This document shows, one piece after another, positions 9,376 through 16,927 of a stretch of DNA of 28,830 nucleotides; position 1 is the stretch's first letter, and each line of letters starts with the position of its first letter. The DNA is taken from positions 1-28,830 of the forward strand of contig WAKA01000008.1 in assembly GCA_015523565.1 (NCBI GenBank), given 5' to 3'. Source of the stretch: Candidatus Heimdallarchaeota archaeon. GTDB lineage: Archaea > Asgardarchaeota > Heimdallarchaeia > Heimdallarchaeales > Kariarchaeaceae. Under the pieces are notes generated by a model. That model had not been told where the DNA came from and searched no databases. It saw nothing but the letters and a program-made list of their open reading frames with translations. A program made the position numbers and the translations under genes.

Positions 9376-10470
9376 ATGTCAGAACAAATAGTCAAAAGAG
9401 GAAGACGAAGGCGCTTCAGGTATCGCCCCCTCAAAAAAGAATATTTATTGGGGAAAATCCATAACAGGGACTCACAAACATTCATGAGAAAAATCCCCGC
9501 CAACTTTGTCTCTTTAACACTTACTCGTCCTCCCACTCCTGACGACGTTATTCTGGCAGGTCGTAGTGAAACCCAAAAGAGACCCCTTTGGAACAATTAT
9601 GAAGAATATCTTCAATTCATGGGACGGATTTTAAGATTATTGTATAGGGTTACAAAAGATGGCGGTATGGCTGTTATCTCATGTGAAAATATCCCTATTG
9701 TAGATGAAGAGGGTGCAATAAATGGTTATTATCCTGTAGTTGCCGATATAACTAACCTTGCAATCTCACATGGGTGGAAACTTTGGGATCAAATTGTTGT
9801 TGTTCAACTTCGGGATGAGACTGAAGACAAACTTATCCATTATGCACCAAATGTTCAAAACTCCAAGATTCACAGTAATTTATTGGTTTTCAAAAGATCT
9901 GACAAAAACAGAAGATGTAAAGGAAAGAGAAGGCGTCCACATTACCTCAATTCTGTCTGGACAATTGATGGTTATCAATTTGCAGAGGTAAATGGGAAAA
10001 AGATCAAACAGTTCAGTGAACACTTGGTTAAAAGAGTTTTTGCACTTTGGTCATGCACTCGGGATGTTGTTTTCGATCCTTTTGCTGGAACTGGTCAAAT
10101 TTTGCGAGTTGCAAAGAAATATCGAAGATTGGGCTTTGGTGTTGAAATAGATTCCAATTATATGGATCATTGGACTGATCTTTTTGACATTACAGACCTT
10201 CAATCCATTGAGGAAGAGAACAAAAAATCAAGAGAGGAAATCACTGAAGATGTTCAAGGACTGACTGAAAATGATGAAAAGGAACTTGATTCTTCAGAAG
10301 AAGAAATAGATGGGGAAACTTCTACAGAAAATAAAGAATCTTCCGATACTATCCTTTCTGTGGATGAATCTTCTGATGAAGAAAGTTCTAGATCAAGCTC
10401 TGAAATTTCTGATGAAGTAAATGAAAATGTGTCTGAAGAAAGTGAATCAAATACAAATGAAAGTGAATAA
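9376..10470 (+). CDS. Beta-class N4/N6 methyltransferase-like protein with a degenerate catalytic motif and an acidic C-terminal tail
   Basis: IHNRDS...VSLTLTRPPT aligns with the usual GD....VDLxxTSPPY. Also RVTKDGG, SVWTI, an intact VFDPFAGTG and GFGVEID. The last ~97 aa are D/E/S-rich. Confidence 0.75.
   Translation: MSEQIVKRGRRRRFRYRPLKKEYLLGKIHNRDSQTFMRKIPANFVSLTLTRPPTPDDVILAGRSETQKRPLWNNYEEYLQFMGRILRLLYRVTKDGGMAVISCENIPIVDEEGAINGYYPVVADITNLAISHGWKLWDQIVVVQLRDETEDKLIHYAPNVQNSKIHSNLLVFKRSDKNRRCKGKRRRPHYLNSVWTIDGYQFAEVNGKKIKQFSEHLVKRVFALWSCTRDVVFDPFAGTGQILRVAKKYRRLGFGVEIDSNYMDHWTDLFDITDLQSIEEENKKSREEITEDVQGLTENDEKELDSSEEEIDGETSTENKESSDTILSVDESSDEESSRSSSEISDEVNENVSEESESNTNESE
10183..10467 (+). 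repeat. Low-complexity GAA/GAT/TCT-rich segment encoding an acidic, Ser-rich tail
   Basis: About 37 of the last 97 residues are D/E by manual count. No fixed repeat unit. Confidence 0.7.
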
Positions 10471-10600
10471 TGTTTGATGGGCTAATGATCAAATCTGATA
10501 GGTTTCATTGACTGAATAACTTTTGAATAAAAGGCAGACAATAATTATTTTTTCAAATTTGAAAGAAACTAATAAATTTACATGATGAAATGCAATATTA

Positions 10601-11542
10601 ATGGGAACAGGAACTCCCTTAAGGTCAAAAATTCTAAAAGACATGATGTACCTTTCTTTTAAAATAATTGAAGAGAAGAAGGATTATTTGGATTCAATAA
10701 ATGTATTTCCCGTTCCAGATGGGGACACAGGGATCAACATGTACTTAACACTCAAGTCTGTCTGTAACCAGCTTGACAAAGTGAAATTAGTTAATAAGAA
10801 TACTGTCTGCCAAGCAATTATCGATGGGTCTTTTATCGGGGCAAAAGGGAATTCAGGAACGATTCTTTCCCAATATCTGAATGGGTTTGCCAATTCTTTG
10901 AAAAATTCTAGAGAAATCACCCCAATCTCTTTTGCAGAAGCACTAAAAAAAGGAACGGAAAAAGCATATGACTCTGTTTTTAACCCAAAAGAAGGAACAA
11001 TGCTTACGGCATTCAAGAAAGTATCTGAAAAGGCACAAGTGGTTTTAGACCTTCCTTGGTCAGAATTTATGCATGAATTGTTTAAAACGGCACAACAAGC
11101 AACCTTGGAAACAAGGGAAATGCTTGAAGCCCTTAAAAAAGGAGGTGTGGTGGATTCTGGTGCAATGGGCTTCGTCTATATTTTTCAAGGATGGACAGTC
11201 ACCATTGAAGAGGCAGTGAATCATAATCAACATGAAGAAACCTTGATTTCTGGATTGGAAGGACTAAAAAGCCATATTGATCTACAGGAAGTCACTAATG
11301 ACACAAAGTTCAGATATTGTACTGAAGCTCTAATAGAAATCTCACAGGATTTTAACAATAATGTAAAGGATCATTTCAAGGCTTTTGGTGAATATCTTAT
11401 GATAACAAGGGATAACTCTCTATTGAAATTACATATCCATACAGATGAGCCATCCAAAGTCTTGAACGAATTTGCAAATTTCGGAAGAGTGAAATCAATT
11501 AAAGTGGATGATATGGTTTCTCAAGCTGTGCTATCAGACTGA
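10601..11542 (+). CDS. DAK2-domain protein, FakA/YloV-like (N-terminal and middle domains only)
   Basis: INVFPVPDGDTG.NM, GAKGNSG.ILSQ, EGTMLT, GVVDSGA.G, FRYCTE, LHIHT and KVDDM. Confidence 0.88.
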   Translation: MGTGTPLRSKILKDMMYLSFKIIEEKKDYLDSINVFPVPDGDTGINMYLTLKSVCNQLDKVKLVNKNTVCQAIIDGSFIGAKGNSGTILSQYLNGFANSLKNSREITPISFAEALKKGTEKAYDSVFNPKEGTMLTAFKKVSEKAQVVLDLPWSEFMHELFKTAQQATLETREMLEALKKGGVVDSGAMGFVYIFQGWTVTIEEAVNHNQHEETLISGLEGLKSHIDLQEVTNDTKFRYCTEALIEISQDFNNNVKDHFKAFGEYLMITRDNSLLKLHIHTDEPSKVLNEFANFGRVKSIKVDDMVSQAVLSD

Positions 11543-11617
11543 TATTTATGCATTAATTCAACAAATTTTCTTTTTCATTACCGATTAATATTAAAAAAGA
11601 TTGAAAAAGATGGGCTA

Positions 11618-13306
11618 ATGAAAAATCAGGATCAAGTCTTATCTTTGTCCAATTATTTGGATGGCTATGATATTGCTACATTTAAGAAATTATACATAAT
11701 TGGACTTATTATTGGTTTTATTCTTCGAATGATTTATTCTTTGACTGCTATTGGCATTTATCATCCTGATGAAATCTTTCAATCAATTGAAATGGCTCAT
11801 TATCTGGTATATGGATATGGTTTCATCCCTCCAGAGTTTAGAACCTCAAATAGTATCACTCCTTCATATGCTAAGGCAAGGTCTTGGATCATTCCGTTGT
11901 TTATTGCCTTTTACTTTAGATTTGCTGAGTTTATGGGTTGGTCCTATTGGGGCGTTACACTTCCAATCCTTCGTGTGTTAATCGGTTTCAATTCTTTTCT
12001 AATGATTCCTTCAACCAAATCACTTGCCGAATCAATTAGCAAAGATAAAAGGGTTGGATATGTTAGTGGCTTTTTTGTTGCTATCTGGTGGAAAATTGCA
12101 TATATCACTTCAAGACCACTGTTCAATGTTTTTTTCCTTCCAATTTACTTATATGCAATTTCATTGTTTTATAGGCGGTTGAGTTCACATCAACAAACAA
12201 AATTAACAATTAAAGAATGGATTGTATATTTTTTTGGGTTCGGAATAAGTACTTATGTAAGGTTGGATTTCTTAATACTTCTATTTTCTTTTACCATTGT
12301 CAATTATTACTTTGAAAGAAAAGCAAACAGGACTGATTTGTTTTTCAATCAAATCAATACTGCCCTAATTACTGGCATTCTAGGATGGTTGTTTGGTATG
12401 GCAGTTGATGCCCAAATGTATGAGGGTTGGAAGGATTTTGGTGTTGTTCCTATTCACTGGTTCCAATTTAATATTGTTGAAAGCAAATCTGATGGGTTTG
12501 GGGTAGTTCCATTTGGCTGGTATGGCTATCGCCTAATTGTAGTTAGTGGATTGATAACTATCACCTTAGCATTATTGCTTTTTGGAGGAATTTTGGTTTA
12601 TCTCCACAAAAACAAACCAGAACAAATTCCTGTTCTTTTCCCAAATCGCACACTTCTTTTTGAGTTTGAAAAACTATTTCTCGTTGTTATACTTGCTTGG
12701 ATAATTTATGAGACGCCATGGCGTGCAGGTCTCTTGTTTTGGCTCTCAAAAAGCCATAAGGAAGAACGATTTGTCATGAATCTCTATTTTATTTATTTTA
12801 TTCTCCTTGCAATGATGGTTGTTCTTCTTGCTGAATTCCTTGAAAGATATCTTGATCAATCCAAAACCCATATTCCAAAACATTTCAAAAAAAGACTAAC
12901 TCCTCAGATGTCTTACAACTTAACAATTTTTCTTTTTATCGGACTTATCACATTTTCATCACTTCTGAATATCCTTTTTGTGCCTAGTCAACAATATGGG
13001 GCGGATATCACGAAAGCGATTGTTTATGTTGGTCGTCAAGAAGATGTTACTGGTGTCATCATTGTCGAAAAATGGTATTTAACTACATCGTATTCTTATC
13101 TGCATAAGGATGTGCCTCTTTATTGGATAAATTATGATCTTCCGAAGGAATTCAGTGATTTAATACAAAATACGGTTGTTAACTATATTATTGTACCTAA
13201 ATACAAATATGCTTTAATTTCCAATCTATTTCAGGAGCTTGTTGACAATGGTTTTCTGATAACAAAAATCATTGACGGAACCACTGAAATTTGGTTCCGT
13301 GCTTGA
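11618..13306 (+). CDS. GT-C fold mannosyltransferase of the Alg9/PIG-B (GT22) family
   Basis: HPDEIFQSIEMAHYLVYGYG matches the PIG-B luminal-loop motif PDExxQxxExAH...GYG. Also has the following RS and HKEERF (HKExRF family motif). About 10-12 TM helices. Confidence 0.85.
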   Translation: MKNQDQVLSLSNYLDGYDIATFKKLYIIGLIIGFILRMIYSLTAIGIYHPDEIFQSIEMAHYLVYGYGFIPPEFRTSNSITPSYAKARSWIIPLFIAFYFRFAEFMGWSYWGVTLPILRVLIGFNSFLMIPSTKSLAESISKDKRVGYVSGFFVAIWWKIAYITSRPLFNVFFLPIYLYAISLFYRRLSSHQQTKLTIKEWIVYFFGFGISTYVRLDFLILLFSFTIVNYYFERKANRTDLFFNQINTALITGILGWLFGMAVDAQMYEGWKDFGVVPIHWFQFNIVESKSDGFGVVPFGWYGYRLIVVSGLITITLALLLFGGILVYLHKNKPEQIPVLFPNRTLLFEFEKLFLVVILAWIIYETPWRAGLLFWLSKSHKEERFVMNLYFIYFILLAMMVVLLAEFLERYLDQSKTHIPKHFKKRLTPQMSYNLTIFLFIGLITFSSLLNILFVPSQQYGADITKAIVYVGRQEDVTGVIIVEKWYLTTSYSYLHKDVPLYWINYDLPKEFSDLIQNTVVNYIIVPKYKYALISNLFQELVDNGFLITKIIDGTTEIWFRA

Positions 13307-16300
13307 CCTTTCTTCTTAAAACAACTAGCATTGGCAATATGAAAATCCAATATTTGGCATAGGCAAGAAATGCATTTTGGGTAACAGATGTAATACTTAC
13401 TGTAGTTGGTCCAATCGCATTTACTATAAAATCTGCCTGTGCACTATTGTTTCCTTTGTCAACAATTTTAATTTCATACTTATATTTCCCTGGTGTTCCT
13501 TCAATTATCTCTAATGTAATTGAATTTACTTGACTACTCGTATTGTAAACAAGCTGTCCATTCTTTTTGATGGTCACTTCTTGGACAAACTTTTCTTCCC
13601 ATTCCCATTTTACGGTTCTTTTTTCTCCAATATTAATTTGAAAATCACTTATTTCATTGATTTTAGGGGCTGTAAGATCTTTCCATATAATGGTGGAACT
13701 AAAATTGAGGATATTTTCAGACGTGTCCACAATATCCACTTTAAGTTCTGCTTGCGTGTTTGGTACTCCTGAAACTATTATTGGAAATGCCGATCCATTC
13801 CATGGGCGTAAAAATGCAAGCACGGTATCGTTATAAGTCACTTTGATAGAATATGGAAATGGTTCATTCACATTAAACAAGATTTCCTGAATTTCTGTGG
13901 CGTCTAATTCTATATTGGAAGATAGGTCAATAATAGGCGCAAGTTTGTCTATTCCTGTAATAAATATTGTATTGGTGGCACTTTTCCCATCTGTTGATAA
14001 AACCTGCGCTGTTACATTAAAGGTTTTCAAATCTGTTGGGGTAAAGGAAAAAACAATATTTGAACCATTCCACGCATTTTCTTCAGCAATATTCCCGTCA
14101 ACAAATATCCTGTATTTCTCAGGTTTGTCAGCACCTGCCTTCCACTCAATATTGACACTTTCAAAGGCTTGCACTTCCAATATCTCTATGTTACTTGTTA
14201 TAAAAATTTCATTGGCGAATGTTACCGTTGCAACATCTGACACTGTATTCCCTGCAAGGTCTTCTGCAACTACCTTGAACTCATAAATCCCTGGAGGTTG
14301 AATTGAAGGGTCAATAATGAGTGTACCTGATCCCTGTGTGGATTCAGCAAGAATAGATGTTCCAATCATGGCACGAACTGATTTTATTCCTGAATTGTCA
14401 TTTGCGGTATATGAGATGGCAAACTGCTGATCCACTGTCATGTCTGTCAGGTTTGTTGTCAATGATGGCAAAACTGTATCAATTGTAAAAGAAAATGTCT
14501 TGTTGTCTTTTTGTTTTGTAATTGCATTGCTTTCTTCCAAAGAAATTGTATGTAGTCCATCACCCAATCCCGTCACTACATATCCACTGGAAATAATCCC
14601 CAAATCATTTCCATCAATTGTGGCATGTACTCTATTGGTGACAGATTCAAATGTAATGGGAAGATCATTTAAATTAACGAATCCATTGATTTCTGGAAGG
14701 ATTGGTGTTACAGATGGTATAAAATCACGGCTTAATACAACTAAATGGACATTATCGATGTTGTTTATCGAATCCCGCAATTTTAAAGAGAATATAAATT
14801 CTGTTGTTGAATTGACCAATATTGATATGTTTCCAACAGCATTTCCCGCTGACGCATCAACAAATTTGTGGCTAACTATTTGTGGATCCCCTGTTGATGT
14901 TGGTGTTCCTGAAATAACAAGTAAGTCCACTTTAGCTCCTTTTGGAACAGTTGCCCAAAAGTCATATTGTTGACCCGTTTGCAATGAGACCCTTATGGAT
15001 GCACTGTTTTGAATGTATGGATTTTCTAAACTCAAATCTGCTTTAATTGGCTGGTTTGCTTGCTTTACTGTGGAAATAATATCTAATGCCATTTTTGCAT
15101 TGACAATTCCCCATCCTTCTACATAGTCTTTAGTTGTAGGGGTAATGGGTGGATTCTGTTTAGTGCCTCCCTGTAATTGTTCTCCTCCATTGTATATGTT
15201 TCCTGCTTCATATGCGGTGGAAAGGATGGCCTGCTTTATTTTTTTCACGTCTTCCACTGAATGTGTCCATGACGATTGCATTTTCAATTTCTGATACATT
15301 AACATTGCGAGACCAGAAATATGCGGTGCGGCCATACTTGTTCCTTGCAGTCCTTCTAATGTTTGACCAGTGAACCAACTTGTTTCCCCTGAAGCCGCTG
15401 ACAGGATTAATCCATTGCCTTCTTGATATCCTGATAAATCTCCCAAAGCTGGAATTGCAACAGATCCTCCTGGAGCAAGAATATCTGGTTTCACAAATGT
15501 ATTTACATTAGGGTCCCCATTGCTAGAATAATATGCAACCTCATTAACCCTATTGACCGCACCCACTGTCAATGACATTTCTGCTGAACCTGGGGATCCA
15601 ATCCCTCCAGAATTGACCCCCTCATTTCCTGCTGAAGAGACAACCAAAATTCCAGCATTTGCCAAGTCTGCAACGGCAGAATCAACAATGGCAGATATTG
15701 TGTCTGTTCCAAGACTCATGTTAACAACTGTAATATTATAGGTATCCTTATTGTTGAGCACCCAGTCCATTCCTGCGATTAAAGTTCCTGAATCTCCGTT
15801 TCCTAGATCATCAAAAACCTTGACTGAGACAATGCTGGCATCTGGTGCTACCCCTCTGTAAGAACGATACGTATCTTTCGGTAATTGCATATCATCGGGT
15901 ATTGTTGTGATTATCTCAAATTTTTGACCTTCAGGATCTCCTGTTGATGTTGAAAAACTGCCTACCCATAAGAAATAATCTCCTGCATCAAGTGTTATGA
16001 TGTCTGAATAATTCCCACTTGTGTCTGTTTGGGAAAATGCAATTGCATTGTTGATGTCATCTACAGTAGTCACCAAGACAACAATGGATGTGCTTGGATT
16101 ATCCTTTCCTTGATTTCCCCAATCTATTGTATACTCAATCTTTGTCTGCGCTGGAATATTGGGCAAACTTTCTACAATTCTGAAAAAGCCTTTCTGTGGA
16201 ATTGTTCCTTTAACAATTTGCAATGGTCTATCCAGTCCCACACCTGCTGCAATTCCTGCAACATGGGTTCCATGTCCATTTTTGTCTATAGGTTCTAGGT

Positions 16301-16871
16301 ATTCGTCTCCTGTCACAGATGATGATACTCCAGCAACATCTTTCCAAACAATGTTCTTTCCTTTAAACATCGGATGTGTTGCATCTATCCCTGTATCTAA
16401 AATCGCTATGGACTGACTGGGATCTCCTTCTATTCCAAGATCCCAAATATTTGTTCTTACTCCCATTTGAGGGACGGAATATGCTAAGTGAGTTTTAATT
16501 TTCTCAATTCCTTCAATTATCAAAATCTCCTGACTTTTTGCCAAATCAAAAAGATTCTTCACCCTTCCATCAACTATTACAGTAGAAAATGCATTAAATA
16601 CAGATTCAATTTGCAAATTGAAACTTTTCAGAAGATTTACATTTACTTCTTTGGCAAATTTCACTAGAAATCTTCCTGATATCATTTTTTCAATATTATC
16701 GGCAATCTTGTTTCCATTCTTGTCAATGAGTTTCACTTTGTTCTGAATTTCATTTGGTATTGCTGATTTCTTGTCGATTTCCTGATGGATGATCCTTTTT
16801 TCACCAATTGAATTTGAAGAAATTGGTGTTGCCAGCATCAACACAATAAGACATATTATCTTTAACTTCAC
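13269..16871 (-). CDS. Secreted, C-terminally anchored subtilisin-like (S8) serine protease with Ig-like C-terminal domains
   Basis: Signal peptide and propeptide. Catalytic motifs ILDTG, HGTHVAG, SAGNEG and GTSMAAP. Repeated D..AP / Y...V.D.AGN beta-sandwich motifs. Ends in a hydrophobic helix plus RRKVK. Confidence 0.93.
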   Translation of the reverse strand: MKLKIICLIVLMLATPISSNSIGEKRIIHQEIDKKSAIPNEIQNKVKLIDKNGNKIADNIEKMISGRFLVKFAKEVNVNLLKSFNLQIESVFNAFSTVIVDGRVKNLFDLAKSQEILIIEGIEKIKTHLAYSVPQMGVRTNIWDLGIEGDPSQSIAILDTGIDATHPMFKGKNIVWKDVAGVSSSVTGDEYLEPIDKNGHGTHVAGIAAGVGLDRPLQIVKGTIPQKGFFRIVESLPNIPAQTKIEYTIDWGNQGKDNPSTSIVVLVTTVDDINNAIAFSQTDTSGNYSDIITLDAGDYFLWVGSFSTSTGDPEGQKFEIITTIPDDMQLPKDTYRSYRGVAPDASIVSVKVFDDLGNGDSGTLIAGMDWVLNNKDTYNITVVNMSLGTDTISAIVDSAVADLANAGILVVSSAGNEGVNSGGIGSPGSAEMSLTVGAVNRVNEVAYYSSNGDPNVNTFVKPDILAPGGSVAIPALGDLSGYQEGNGLILSAASGETSWFTGQTLEGLQGTSMAAPHISGLAMLMYQKLKMQSSWTHSVEDVKKIKQAILSTAYEAGNIYNGGEQLQGGTKQNPPITPTTKDYVEGWGIVNAKMALDIISTVKQANQPIKADLSLENPYIQNSASIRVSLQTGQQYDFWATVPKGAKVDLLVISGTPTSTGDPQIVSHKFVDASAGNAVGNISILVNSTTEFIFSLKLRDSINNIDNVHLVVLSRDFIPSVTPILPEINGFVNLNDLPITFESVTNRVHATIDGNDLGIISSGYVVTGLGDGLHTISLEESNAITKQKDNKTFSFTIDTVLPSLTTNLTDMTVDQQFAISYTANDNSGIKSVRAMIGTSILAESTQGSGTLIIDPSIQPPGIYEFKVVAEDLAGNTVSDVATVTFANEIFITSNIEILEVQAFESVNIEWKAGADKPEKYRIFVDGNIAEENAWNGSNIVFSFTPTDLKTFNVTAQVLSTDGKSATNTIFITGIDKLAPIIDLSSNIELDATEIQEILFNVNEPFPYSIKVTYNDTVLAFLRPWNGSAFPIIVSGVPNTQAELKVDIVDTSENILNFSSTIIWKDLTAPKINEISDFQINIGEKRTVKWEWEEKFVQEVTIKKNGQLVYNTSSQVNSITLEIIEGTPGKYKYEIKIVDKGNNSAQADFIVNAIGPTTVSITSVTQNAFLAYAKYWIFILPMLVVLRRKVKHGTKFQWFRQ

Positions 16872-16927
16872 AAAAGAGAGTTACATTTATTCTAATAAAT
16901 TAATTCATTATTCTGTCTGAACTTTTC

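Noticed and set aside
9376-10470. Restriction-modification or defence system
   Set aside because: The catalytic motif is degenerate, and the neighbours are not nucleases or specificity subunits.
10183-10470. Tandem repeat array or CRISPR-like structure
   Set aside because: No constant repeat unit or spacers. It is explained by Glu/Asp/Ser codons.
13530-16416. Several plus-strand ORFs (62-177 aa) inside the S8 gene
   Set aside because: Antisense or shadow frames with no domain signatures. The same applies to the other short nested ORFs in the track.
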